Source: Camelus ferus (taxonomy: Eukaryota). From it: a stretch of DNA of 64,000 nt. Under the pieces are notes generated by a model. It did not search any database and was not told the origin of the DNA. It saw nothing but the letters and a program-made list of their open reading frames with translations. Shown piece after piece: positions 1-13,024 of this stretch. The stretch spans positions 23,810,001 through 23,874,000 of the forward strand of contig NC_045697.1 in the NCBI RefSeq assembly GCF_009834535.1, in the 5' to 3' direction. Numbering within the stretch: the stretch's first letter is position 1; every line of letters begins with the position of its first letter. The translations under genes were made by a program, and so were the position numbers.

Positions 1-615
1 TAGACTCTTCTTTCTCACTCACATTCCACATCAAATCCATCACCAAAAAATGTTGTTTCTATCTTTAAACTTTGTCCGCTCCTCACTATATACTGCTCCA
101 TCCAGATTTAAATAACTATAGCCCCACTATCGTTTGCCTGGATATTTACAATAGCCTCCAAACTATTTACAATAGCCTTCATCCCTCTCTGTGTCCTTAA
201 AATATGTTCTCAACTGTATAACCAGGAGTCTTTCAAATACAGGTCATATAATGTCACTCATTGATCAAAACCCTCCAATGACTTTCTGTCTCAAGGAGAG
301 GAAAAGGCACATGGCCTTCTTGTCGTCCCTTTAGCATGTACCAAGTGTGCTCTCTCCTCAAATATTTTCATTTCCCAATCTCTCTACTTGATATATTTCC
401 CCTGACTCTTTCTTTATTTGGGACTCATCAATGAATCTTTCAACATACGTAACAGCAACTTCTCCCACTTTCTAAACTCCTCATAGTCTTTCTTCTGCTT
501 TATTTTCTTCCATGGCATTTATACAACCTGACATCTTACTTATGTATTATTTTGTATTGTCTCCCGCAGTAAAATATAAGTATTTTCAGAATAGGGCAAT
601 GGCTGGCATGAATGA
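1..615 (+). mobile_element. LINE-2 3' fragment (ancient)
   Basis: Degenerate L2-like text (cacattccacatcaaatccatcacc...cctggatatttacaatagcctcc...aaaaccctccaatgact...) ending in tgaatgaa; recognised from memory of the L2 consensus. Confidence 0.65.
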
Positions 616-3600
616 AAGGTAAATAATTACTTCAGATTGTTAACTGCAGGTTGAAAAAGAAGTTTAACCTCAAAGATCATCTATTGCCTGTTGGTTGTGA
701 TTATTTAAGGCTTCATGCTTTGGATACATAGGCCATATTCTGGCTCAGTGGGAAAGTAGGTCATTCAGAGATGTCTTCTATGACTTCAGAGGGGTTGATA
801 TTTGCTGGCTTCTAGAACTTCTCATTAAAAACAACAACAAAAAAAAACCTGAAATCTAATTTTGACATTAAAATTTAACCCTGGTTTATAATCAGAGATT
901 TAAAGTGCTTTATCCCTCATGGGGGAGGTAGTGGTGGAGGTGGAAGGAAATATTAATCACTGGCTTGATAGATTTAGAAGATCCCCAAATCAGAGTGGTG
1001 ATGCTAGGTCCCTTTTCTTCACATACTCAGCCCCTCTCTTTCTCTTTCCATGTCTATCTTTCCATCTTTCCTTTTTCTCTGCTACCCCATCTTTCTGACT
1101 CCCATGCTTATATCTTTATCTTTCCAATGAAGCTAATCCCTTGCATTCTCAGATACTAGTTAGTTCCACTGACAATATTATCAAATAATGTTTATTTTTT
1201 CCTTCTCTTTAACTTGTGAGTGATCTAATTACCACTCTTCTTCAGCAAATTAATTTTTAAACAATAAAATTTTCTCAAATTAACATTGTATGCCAATATT
1301 TTTCTATCCTAAAAAAAGGCATCAAAGTCATCTAATGAAATTCCAAGACTACACTTTTATGTGTGTGCTAGCACAGTCCTGCATACATAAAGAAATTAGC
1401 ATTAGGTGAATAAGTGATTTAAACAACTATGTAGCTACCTTTACTATCCCAATGATTTTCTTGAAGGTTGCAATAAATACTAAAAAAGAAATTAGATATA
1501 AAATAAAATAGTAAAACTGTGATTTTGCTAAGTCTATGTCAGGACCTTAGGTCTTATTACTATTTTCAGACCTGTACATATTCAATTACAGCATGTTGAC
1601 TCTTCAATTGAGCCCTCCCTCAGCATCAGATAGAGTGTGATTTTAAATTAGAAGGCAAAAGAGCAAAATTTTTCAATTACACAAAGCGTATTCCCTGCAT
1701 TAACACCAAAGAGAGATATCAAATCAGAATTATCAAAAGAGGCATACTTTCTAAAATTATAGAAGTTATATGCTGGCTTCATAATAATTTCTAGTTTTCT
1801 ATAAAGAATAATTTTGGAAATACAGGAATACAGTTTCACTCTGTACCCAACAGTGGGGAGAAAAACAAAACAAAGTCCTACAAATGTAAAATACTCTCAC
1901 CATTTTGTATCAACAGTCCCATCATCAATTATTAAATTTTTACTACAGCTAGTCTGCATTGATTCCTTTCTTCTTAAAACTCATTCAAATCCTCCCAGGT
2001 GTCAGGTTTATAGAATTACAAAGGATACAAATATTAGAAAAATAGGATCTTGGCCCTTAAGAAGTCTATAGTACGGCAAGGGAGAAAAATTTATAAACCA
2101 ACACTCCTAACAAATTATTATGAAGTTCCAAGAGTCTACAGTAACCAATTTTAGGAAAACACAAAGTTATCAAGCTGAAACTGATTTAATTTAAATTTCA
2201 TTCTACTCAGGACTCCAATTTCAATATTTAATTCAATTTCTATACTGTGTATATGACATTGTATATTTTTTAAGCCAGTCAGAGGTATAAATTTTCTCTC
2301 TTTTTTTGCCCATGTAAAGTGTTGTATATTTTCAGAATATTTCAAGGGAGAAATAAACTCATTTCTGTCTTCCATAACAAAGCTGTAGCTAATAAATTAA
2401 AGTTGTTTGCTCTTGCAATTCCAGTTTCTATAGAAAGTTTAGTAAAGTTCTCCTTTATTTGTGAAATGGTCTTGTAACTATGTATATGAAAAAGCATTAG
2501 TTTAACCAAGTGCCTACAAGATTTGCACATTAATTTTGAACTCAAGCAATGCATAGTCTACAAATGGGAGCACATCAAAAAGATTGGAAGTGAAAACAAC
2601 AAAAATATGAATTCAAGGCAAAGAGAAATTTTTACCTTCAGATAAAAGATAAACATACATAAGTGAAAAAGTATAATATAGACATATCATACTCATTTTA
2701 CAGAAGTTAGGAAGAATTTTCCAAAGCAGACACTCATTGACTTGGGCATAGTCTTTCCATGATGAACTGTTGACTAGGACTACTACTGAATTGAGGTCAA
2801 TTTATCAAAATTTTATATTAGCCCTCTTGCACTGAGAAAGTTGATTAACAACTGAAAACATCATTTCTCTTGCTTTGTTGTAGGAATAATTCATCTACAA
2901 CTGAATTGTTTTAAATTCAAATGAAATAATGTACGTGAAGCAATTATATGTTTATTTTTTAATCCCACATCTTTTGAAATGACTTTTTTCTTTTTTTTCA
3001 AAATCAAAACAATATATATTTTACATCCTGCATTTTCATTATGCTATAAATGCTCCATAAGATTTTTCTAGCTGCATGGTATTTCATATTATGGTTGTAT
3101 CACACTTTGTTTATTCCAATATTGCTAGTGTTTATATTGTTTCCAATTGTCCAATTTACATATAATGTTCTTTGTGTTCATAAACTCTGTTCATTTTTAA
3201 TTTTTTTTCTTTCAAAAATTACTGGAAGAATTACTAAATAATGAAATTATTTTTATATTTTTGATACAGATTTACAAGTGAACCCTCATATACTTAACTC
3301 CAAAACTAATGCTCTTTCCACAACGTAAACATCTCTATATTTTTACTGCACTCTAACGTACTTGAAAGACTTTGAGTGAAGTAATAGGCATGTTCTTAAA
3401 AACATTACATATAAAACACAGATGGATTTATATAACTGTCTCCTTAAGCAATAACTGACAAGTCAAGCACATACTCTGAAAGTGTTTTTTAGTTAATTGT
3501 CAACTAGAAATGTTATAAGGATAACAGCCAAGTACGTGTACCTCCTAGAGTCAACCTTGAAATGGGGCAGAACTTAGATTATTTAGAAGAGTATGTAGAA

Positions 3601-3925
3601 AACATGTCCTTTCAGCTAGCTTTCTAAAGTTCACTTACTTTAGGTAGGCTTTTTAGGATAAGGATAGCAAATAGCTTTTGGTTATATTCTGGGATAAGTG
3701 CCTGAGGAATGATGTTTTACGTTTCTAAAGTATTTTATATTTCTACACCTAGAATGATTCCTGGTTTATAAAAGGCACTTAAAAATATCTGTTAAATACA
3801 GGATAAATAAGAAAAGATGTACACACTTTGGAAACCAGACAAAGCAATAATATTACTTTAATAACTTGAAGGTCTAAAGAGTAACTGGCCTGACGGAACA
3901 TCAGCTCACTAGAAGTCAGTGAAGG

Positions 3926-4291
3926 TGCTATGGCCTGGATGTTTGTATCCCTCTCAAAATCATCTGCTGAAACCCTAACCCACAATGTGGTGATGTTCAG
4001 AGATGACGCCTTTGGGAGGTAGTTAGGTAATGAGAGTGGAGCCCTGAAGAATGAGATTAGTGCTCTTATAAAAAGAGAAAAGAAAAAGTTCATTTTCTCT
4101 CTGTTCTCTCTGCCTATGTGGGAATACAACATGAAAACGAATATCTGCAAACCAGGAAGCAGACACTCACCAGATATCAGATCTGCTAGCATCTTGATCA
4201 GCCTCCCAGTCTCCAAAAGAATGAGAAATAAATGACTGTTGTTTACACCATGCGGTCAATGGTATTTTGTTATAGCAGCTGGACTAAGACA
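3926..4291 (+). mobile_element. MaLR solo LTR (MLT1A-like)
   Basis: Starts TGCTATGG, ends GACTAAGACA; contains gcctttgggaggtagttagg, aataaa and ggtattttgttatagcagc, typical of MLT1A-type LTRs. Confidence 0.85.
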
Positions 4292-4469
4292 GGTTCATGT
4301 GCCATGTGTGTACATAGCAAGTACTTATCCAGATACATGTTTTAATTAAATATCAAACAATTTCTATAATTTTGGACAATAATAGATAAGAAAACAAGCT
4401 TGGAGTTGGGCCCTGCTTGCTAATGGAATTTATCCTCACAGAGAGGTTACAAGACATTTAGTCATAGCA

Positions 4470-4670
4470 TGTACAGCATAGTGGTAAAACCATGGACTGC
4501 AAAGCCTGACTGTCCAGCTTCAAGTCTTTGCTCTACATCCTAGCAACTGTGTAATCTTGGGCAAGTTACTTCAATTTATTCACTTGTGAAATGGGAACGT
4601 TGTGAGAATTACATAGAGTCATATATGTCAAATATTCAGAATGGTGTTTGAGCATGTTTGTTGGTAATAT
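4470..4670 (+). mobile_element. MIR SINE
   Basis: cagcatagtggtaaa...ctgtgtaatcttgggcaagttactt...tgtgaaatggga...gttgtgagaatta MIR core. Confidence 0.75.
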
Positions 4671-5449
4671 GCACTTCCTACCCTTATTAGTTTTCCATGT
4701 GACTCAATATGTTTCTAAACCACTTGTACACTTTATATGCTAAAAGCAATGCAGTAGAAAATTTGACATAAAATTGGATCATTCACAGCAGCAAGCAAAA
4801 GATAAACTGGAATAAACTTCAAAATAAATGTACATGAATTCTATTATTGAAGACAAAAATGCCTCATTGTTTTATAATTCTGTCCAGTATTAAGTACAGC
4901 CATGAACAAGACATATAAACATCCTTGTCCTCATGAGTCTTACGTTCTGGTAGAGGGAAACATAAATTAAACATTTAAATAAAAATATACATGGATAATA
5001 GGTAGTATGTTCATCAGGAATCTCTAGACAAACATAACCAATAAGATATATAAATATGGAAAGAAAGAGAGAGAAGAAGAAGAGATTGGTCAGTCATCTT
5101 TTGAGACTCTCTCAGCTGTGCTTAGATTTCAAGCCCTTCTGAAAGGAGGCTCCTGATACTACATTCACAACATATGAAGACAGAGCTAATCTAAATTTGA
5201 CTATAGTTTCAACAAATCCTAAAACCAGCTCAACTACACATGAGATTGATTTGGGTCCTACTTTAGAGGGCTGACAGAGACAAGGTTATGTGTCTGCTAA
5301 TGATAAACATTATTTACTTCACTATTATCTTTTATACCCAATATTTAGCATGCAATCAAGAACTGTGAACCAGGTGAAGCAGAAAACACAACCCTCAAAT
5401 CACAAGGGACCAAGATAATAAAATATCTCTAATAGTGATTATCCACCAC

Positions 5450-5965
5450 CTGAAAACAACATTTATTATCTCAGTTTGTATGGATTAGGAATACAACTGT
5501 GACTTAGCCTCAAGCTGTCTCACAAGGCTGCCATCAAGGTGTCAGCTGGATCTGTAGTCTTACCTGAAGGTTCCCCTAGGGGAGGATCTGCTTGCAGGCT
5601 CCTACGTGGTTGTAGGCAGGATTCAGTTCTCTGTGGGCTGATGGATTGTTGGTTTCAGTTCCTCAAGGACTGTGAATGAAAGGCCCCCATCATTTCTTTG
5701 CCTGGTAGACCTCTCCACTGGGCAGCTCATACATGGCAGTTGGCTGAGAGAAAGAGAGAGAATGAGAAGAGAGTAAGAGTGATAACCCAAGAAAGAAGAC
5801 AGATTTTTTAAAAACTGTAACATGATCATGAAAGTGGCATGTTTTGCCATGATCTGTTCATTAGGAATGAGTTGCTAGGCCCAGGCAACACTCAAGGAGA
5901 GCTGATTATCCAACAGGGTAAATACTGGGAGGTAGACATATTTAGAAAACATAATAGATCCATAC
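5450..5965 (-). mobile_element. MaLR LTR (MLT1E/F-like)
   Basis: aacaacatttattatctcagtt...ctcacaaggctgccatcaaggtgtcagctgg...ggaggatctgctt...gcaggattcagttc, the reverse-strand MLT1 pattern. Confidence 0.7.
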
Positions 5966-7127
5966 TATTGTAGAATGACAGAAGAATAAGCATATTAATT
6001 TTCACTAAACTGTTCTCTTCAGTGCTTGGGAGAGAGCTAAACTTACAAACTCATAAATATTCAAAATGGCACAGAGAAGTGAAGACAAAAATCACTAAAT
6101 CCATGCACTATGCCATGCTCTATAATCCAGGGAACTCTCTGCAGTCACTCATTTAAAGCCAATTATGTTTTATGTTTTATTTTACAAATTCAAAGTCCTT
6201 TGGAGAGAAGAGACTAGAAATTAGCAGGCAGTATTGTATTTGAAAGAGGAAGAAAAACAGGAAAAATTTGTAAAAGCACTTAGAAGCAGGCTGTTTGGGA
6301 ACACTTAGTATAAAATCCATTTATTGAAATGTATATTCCAATTGCTACTATGGAGTCTATTAAATTTTCATCTGGAATTGTTAAAGTATTTTTTTATATA
6401 AAATAATCATTAATAGAGGTAAGGTTTTTATCTGGAAAAAAGCCTTTTTACTAACGCTCATTTTCAGACAATCCTCAATTAATTAGTACTGCTCACTCTT
6501 TCTAAAGTAAGGTCAATACTTTTTCATCAATATATCTTCATTTGGCACTAAGTTTGGTCATCTAAACAGGTTTCATTAGTTATTTTTCTTTACTACCACT
6601 TGTCCAACATGAAAATTCCTCAAAATAGCTCATCAACCCTTATGATTTCATCACCATCTAATCAAATTAAATAGCTGATTATAATAGCAATTACTAATAG
6701 TTTATCTCTATTACTGTCTATAAACAGCTCCAAGCACTAACAGAAAAAAGAATAACCACCTACCATGCAAATTTAGTAAATGGCAATGTGTGTCTGTTTT
6801 TCAACTGGTCAAGCAATTAAATATTCATAAGTAATTTTTCTTTTAGCAGGAGGCCAAAATCTGAGATTTGGGCATTTTACTTCATGCTAAATATGATGCC
6901 ATAATGATATAATTGAGGCAAAATAATACACTTTAAATTTTTGTGAACTTTAACAGATAGAATCAATTCCTAGAAGTCTTTAAAATCTGATTCAAGAGCT
7001 TCTATTACAGGAATGTTCTAATTTATATGTGCTGGAAAATATCAGGGCAAAGAGCAGCAATTGGAAATTTTAAATTACCCTTTTTTATAATATGATTAAA
7101 AGTTCACAATTTAAGGGAAAATGCTAT

Positions 7128-7745
7128 TTTTTTACAGGTTTATTGAGGAATAATTGACAAATAAAATTGTATATATTTAAAATGTACAACATGATGATTG
7201 GACATACATATACACTGTGAAATGATTACAACAATCAAGTTAATTAACACACCCAAAACCTCACATAGTTGACTTTTGTGTGTGTATGATAAGAACTCTT
7301 AAGATCCACTCTTAGCAAATTTCAAGTATTTAATATAGTATTAGCCATGGTGCACATTAAATACTCAGAACTTACTGATCCAAAAACAAATTCAGTAAAG
7401 TTGCAGGATACAAAATCAACATACAAAAGTCAGTTGTGTTTCTATACACTAACAACACACTTTCTGAAAAGAGAAATTAATAAAATAATCATATTTACAA
7501 TAGCATCAAAGACAATAAAATACTTAGGAATAAATTTAACCAGAGAGGGGAAAGACCTGTACACTGTAAACTATTAAAATGTTGAGGAAACAATGGAAGA
7601 TGACACAAATAAAAGGAAAGTTATCCCATATTCTTGGATAGGAAGAATTAATATTGTTAAAATGTTCATACTACCCAATGCAATGAAATCCTTAACAAAA
7701 TTTCAATAAATTTTTTTAGATTAAAAACATAACTAAAATTTATAC
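7128..7745 (-). mobile_element. Old L1 (L1MA-like 3' end) with an inverted ORF2 segment
   Basis: 7128-7380 is an L1 3' end on minus (ttttattgaggaataattgacaaataaaattg...); 7381-7745 is ORF2 RT-region text on plus (ttcagtaaagttgcaggatacaaaatcaac); flanked by diverged direct repeats ggaaaatgctattt / ggaagatgctactt. Confidence 0.75.
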
Positions 7746-8389
7746 GGAAGATGCTACTTTGTTATATAGAGCATCTGCCTAATTCAGTCTTGCTAATTAC
7801 TGAAATAACAGAAAAGCTCCTACTCAAATGAAAATCCAGTTATAAGCAAACTGAATCTTTTGTCAGTCAAATAAGGATGATGACAAAAGGCAAGTCTAAA
7901 ATGGTGTCATGTTAGCAAAAGTGACAGCACAGGATTTCTTGCTGTAGTTTAGTCAGACGTTCTTAGTATGCAACACTGGAAGCATAGAGTCTTTGGGTTG
8001 GTTGATGGCCTCAGGAGTAAGGGAAAACATTCAATGTTGGAATCGAATTTTGCTGAGACAAGGAGTATACAATTAGTGGCTGCAACTCACACAAAGGCTA
8101 AGAGCAGCACAGTGATTATATGTGGTCAAACGCTTCAAAGTTACGAGACCACGCTGGCGAACCCGCGCCAGATAAACATTTTCCAGATTCCGTATGTTCT
8201 GCCTTGGAAAGCCAGTTTTAGTGATGTATTTTCTACAACTGCATACAAAAGCAAAAAGTGATGGCAAAAATACCATCCTAGCTAGCAAATGGTGTCAAAA
8301 GTATTAGACTGTCTAATGCAACATGACCAGAAAATTTTATTTCTCTATTTATTTCCCTATCTATTTAAATTTTTAACCATTATGGTCGC

Positions 8390-8915
8390 CAGGGAAGTCC
8401 TGGGTTTGGTCCAGGGTGGGCTGAGGGCAGGATTTCCCAGGAAGGCAAACGGCGCAGGCGGAAGCCCCAAGGGCGCTATGTTACCTCAGGTGTGTCGGAG
8501 AGTCAGCGCGGTGCAGCTGCAGGAACATGGAGAGGACGGGCCAGGAAGCACCACTGCTCCGAGAGGCTTCCAGAATAGCTGAATCTGGCCTGAGGCGCTG
8601 CTGATGCGAGAGGAAGCGCGATCTCGCGGAATTTCAGGAGCTCTCAAAGGGCGGGCAGGGGGAATCCTGGGAAGAGGAACTCGAGGCTGAGGCAGCGGCA
8701 GCCTTGGCGGCCGGGGGTTCTGGAGTTCTCTCAGTAGTGTGGTTCACGCCACCTATCAAGCAAAACCCCAAACCTCCTCAGTGCCACCACCCCACTTTCC
8801 GTGCCCAGAGTCGCAGGGGAGCATCGCATCGCCCCGGAGGCCTGGCCTGCGGAGGGAGGCGGCTTTGGCCTGAAGGCTGTGCCGGGGCGCGACGTCTTGA
8901 ACCTGAAGGCAAGTG
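8390..8915. promoter_or_regulatory. CpG island, probable bidirectional promoter and first exons
   Basis: Abrupt GC/CpG-rich island in AT-rich DNA; GC box GGGCGGG (~8648), ETS-like GGCGGAAG (~8457), GCGCGATCTCGCG (~8616). Minus-strand donor at 8485; plus-strand donor AAG|GCAAGT at 8908 or CAA|GTGAGC at 8912. Confidence 0.75.
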
Positions 8916-9423
8916 AGCATTTATGATTTTAGCTACATTATTGGTACATTTCTGATTACCTTTTACAATTTTGAATAATTTTGATTTTAAGAATTACTAT
9001 GTCAAGTAATTTAAAGAATTTAAAAAGTTAATCGATAATTACTCTGAGTAAATTCCCAGAGTAATATTGTTTGGTATGGTTCTAAGACACAATCTAACAA
9101 TATAAAGTTGGGAAGGGGGTGTCAAGGAGTCTTGCTTTTCTGAAAAACTTTAATAGTTACTCTCTAGGCACAAGTCAGGTTTGTGTGGTAAGTAAGTGAA
9201 GTCGTAATAGTCTAAAAAGATAAGTAACTGTTAAATTTAGATGTCATTTAATGTGGCCAGGAGTGTTTGTTCCGTTGATTTCTTTCTTGGGGAGGGAAAA
9301 TTTCCCTGAGTGGGAATGGAGAATGTCTAAGAAAAAATAAATGTACTAATGCAAAAAGGAGAGCTCTGATATGTGTTCCCAACATTTCTGTGTCTTTAGC
9401 GCCTGTGAGCATCTCAGTAATTA

Positions 9424-9946
9424 TGTTACCAGGAAAAGGGAAATAAGAATTACCTCGGTTCTTAGTCACCCGGAAAAAAAAAGAATCTTTGACGAGAGAC
9501 AAAAAGCGTGATATAAGCAAGACTTCTATTAGTGAAGTAAAAAAAAACAGTAAAAGATAGTACACTCCTGAGAATTGAGAGCAGGCCAATCCAAAAGAGG
9601 AATGAATGGCACTGTTCCTTTTTATTTTTTTCCAGATTTTATATCCTGGTTTCGTGGTTGATTGATTGATGATTAGTTGATTGACTGACAACTCAGGTTC
9701 CCTGTGCCCTACACTCCCATCCCCTTTTGGGCAGGTTCATTGGGTCAGTTTATACCAGTTCCCCTTCCCATGCACAGCTGCAGCGTTTTGACTTTAACTG
9801 GCTGCTTTTACTGGCCCTTATGTAGAGAAAGTAGAAATTTCTGGAGTTCCTTTTCCTGAACGCAGACACGCTGCCATTTTCTGGGTTGTTCCTTTCCGTT
9901 TCCTCTCCCCCTGCCTAGTGCTCATTTCTACCTAAACTGCCTAACG
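9424..9946 (-). mobile_element. ERV1-class solo LTR
   Basis: TGTTA...TAACG termini (CA>CG) flanked by 4-bp TSD ATTA (9420-9423 / 9947-9950). Confidence 0.8.
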
Positions 9947-11170
9947 ATTATTTTTTGCAGATACATTTTGCTATTTCTTGTTCAATTTTAATGTGACTAA
10001 ATGTTAGCCTTAATAATGTGAGACTCTTTGACTTACCAGAAGTGTCCAGTGGAAGGTAAATGATTTTCTGAAGTGTTTAGGGATATGGAGATTAGATTTT
10101 TTCTCCAGAGAAACTAAGAATATTACAGTATTTAAAGGACCTCTCTTCAACAAGTTTAAGGCATGAGAATTCAGTTATTAACAATATAATATACTGTAAA
10201 AGCAGCAAAATGGAAAGAAATAGGCTAAAAGGTTAACGTGCTAGAAGAAAGAATATGCTAATCTGTGGCTTTTGGCGTGTAGGTAGTCTTGCTGCAAAGA
10301 TCTTGAGCTCTCTAATTTGTGCTGTCATCGGCTTCATACAAAGGTCTTGGTTTAGCAATCTTCTGACAATATTCTGATACCAAAGTATTTTTTAAGTAGC
10401 CTCAATTTGAGGTGTGTAGTTGGGATGCTTTATTAATCATTTTTAAATGATTTGTGTTTCTGTAATTTAGAAACATGGATCTTAGGAGCCACCTCTTGGA
10501 ATGTTACTGCTGAGCTATTTGCTCACAGTAACTTAGAAGACTCTTTGCATTGAGATTCATTGGTTGGCATCCTGTAATGTCTCTTCCAGAAATCCAAGCC
10601 TTCAGGCTTTCGGTCATCAAAGGTCTTTTGGAAAGAATGTTGAAAATAGACTATACTTTTTAATGTCAAGACTGCGTATATATACTTCATGATTCCCTTG
10701 GCTGTATGCATTTGCAACCCAGCAAGTTCTAGGACAGAAATGATATTCCTAAATGCAAGTTTGGCTAGTTACTGACTCATGCAGCAAAAGTGATAGAATT
10801 ATTTCCTTTGTTTACTATTGGCTTTTCCTATAATATGAAAGGTTATAATCTTTTTATGTGTAATTTGTCCAAATAGCAAAGATTGGATATCTTTATGTCT
10901 TTGATACTTATGGCCTTAATTAAGAAAACAAAGATTCCTTACTTATGAAAGAACTTATGTCTTTACAACTATGTTTCCTTCTATGTTCATTTTTAAGTGT
11001 TTTGTAGACATTTACGTTAAATAGGTAACCAAGTATTGTTTCTCAAGCACTCACAATTTATATTAATCAAATATTCAGATAACAACATGTTGCTTTCTGC
11101 TTCCCCAAATTGGACCCTAATTATTTCAATTCAATTCAGTTCCATTAAAATTGGAGGATGTGTTTTGCAC

Positions 11171-11653
11171 AGGTGACAAAAATTAATCATTTGATCTAAG
11201 AAAGAAATGGGAAATTTTATTTGAGCCAAATAGAGGCTGTTCCTGGGTTATAATCCTCACAGAAAGCTCTGAGAACTGTTCTCCCTGTTTGAGTTAAAGG
11301 CACAGTTGTATAGATTTTTGAGACAGAAGGCTGGACATTTAATGATATAGATAGTTTGCACAATCCAGATCTGTAAATACAAAATGGTGGGTTATCGTGA
11401 CCCCTTAGAAGATCAAGAAGGAATGTTATCTTTTAAGGAGTTGTCTTGTTGATGATAGGAGAATGTTGCTCTTTATGGTTGAGCTGGTATTTCTGATGGG
11501 GAGGTTTGGTTGATGCATAATGCAGATACACAATGCACAGTTGGGTGGTGGGTGGTGGGGGTGGGGTGGGAAGAAGAGGCCAAAATGCAGAGAAAATTTT
11601 TTATGTTTACAGTTTCCTTGACTTGCCTTAGAATATAAATTTTTATTTCATCA
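11171..11653 (-). mobile_element. ERV1-class solo LTR
   Basis: Ends ...tttcatCA; flanked by TSD GCAC (11167-11170 / 11654-11657); left terminus mutated (aggtgac). Confidence 0.7.
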
Positions 11654-12059
11654 GCACCTAATACTATCTTTGAGATATTTCAGATGACCTCCAGAAATTT
11701 GCAAAGATTTATTGTTTAGCCTTAAAAAATAAAGGTGCTATCAATAATTAGGTTTATTTGATATATTTCTGCTGATGAGTTGTATGGAAGGAGTTGATAA
11801 CACAGAAGAAATGCTCAGAGCCTCCCCTAGGTTAAATTTATAGAGGTATTATATAATTAAAATAAATATTTCAGAAATTATATGGTTTATGAAGTTTTTG
11901 GTGATTTGTCAATTCCCTCATTTTTCATAATATGTTCTGAACTCAAAAAAAGCACCAAAATAATATTTCATGGAGCTTGTCTATATTTATCAGTCTCCTG
12001 GTGAGGTTTGGTGTGATGATTTTAGGCAACAACAGTGCAGTGCTATCAGTCAAGTATAT

Positions 12060-12589
12060 TGTAAGGGAGGAAAAGTTTTCCTCAACCATCTTAGAGTCCC
12101 TGCCTGGTCTGAAAACTCAACTGACATAGATAGATTAGCAGGGCACAGCATACAGATTTTATTAAAGTTTTATATGTACACAGTAGACTTCACCAGAGAA
12201 TGAAGGCCCAGAGAAGTAATGAGAAATGTCAGGAAGCAGGACATTTTTCTATTTCTTAGACAACAAAACTATAAATTTGTAATAATTTGGCAAGACAGAA
12301 AGGTTTGTGCTAAGAGTAATAAATGGTGAAGAAGTAACTATAGGAGGTAAGGATTAGATTAACAAGGTTTGTTTATACATATTTCTTGGCCCCAAATTCC
12401 TTTGTGATAAGAAGTCTTCCTTCTGGTACAGGGAGGGTACCTTTCTTATCTTCTACTTTTAGGAAAGAAGGGGATGGACGGAAATCAGAGTGACCTTCCT
12501 GCTTCTTTGGTTTCTCAAACTCCTTCAGCTTAAGATATTCAGTATGTCAGGGCACCATATTTTGGGATAGCATATCCAGTAACCCATCA
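12060..12589 (-). mobile_element. MER34-like solo LTR
   Basis: TGTAAGGG...CCCATCA; TSD ATAT (12056-12059 / 12590-12593); caccatattttgggatagcatat is the reverse of the MER34-type 5' motif. Confidence 0.85.
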
Positions 12590-13024
12590 ATATGTTAATA
12601 AATGTTAATTTAGTGGTGGCTTTACTCATAATTTGAAACTAGCATCCTCTAGGCAAGTGGTTCTCAACTCATCAGACTTAACCTGAGCAGTTTTATACAA
12701 TAAAGCTGTCTTAATCTTGTTACCTGATATTTTTGATACATTTTAAACTATATGGTTGCTGTATTCATGGTATAATACCTGTATTTTTATTCGTTATTAT
12801 TACATATCTTATTATGATCTTGTTTTATCTAAAACTTATGTTTGTCCTATTTAAAAATTAGATGTAGCATTCACAGTCTTATTTGGAAATAGGCTTAACA
12901 ATTATGCTTATACATATTTTGTGTAGAACTTTTTTTTTTTAATTGACCTTACTGTCTTGTTAGCATGACACAGAAACAGCCAAATGTTTTTGTAAGTGAT
13001 CTTGCATCATTCTTGTTATGATCT

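Larger units (their letters stand above)
631..8485 (-). pseudogene. Candidate decayed multi-exon gene or lncRNA transcribed leftward from the CpG island
   Basis: Minus-strand splice signals: GAG|GTAACA donor at 8485; exon 6886-6764 (tatttag|...ATG|GTAGGT); 150-bp intron 1900-1751 (TG|GTGAGA...ataattttag|); exon 848-631 (atttcag|...GAA|GTAATT). All frames contain stops; no protein identified. Confidence 0.35.

Noticed and set aside
6850..6877. Minus-strand NAQISDFGL, resembling a kinase DFG motif
   Set aside because: No upstream HRD or downstream APE motif, and the frame closes within ~12 codons; probably chance.
7968..8916. ORFs of 70-97 aa in and near the CpG island
   Set aside because: No recognisable protein; expected from raised GC content.
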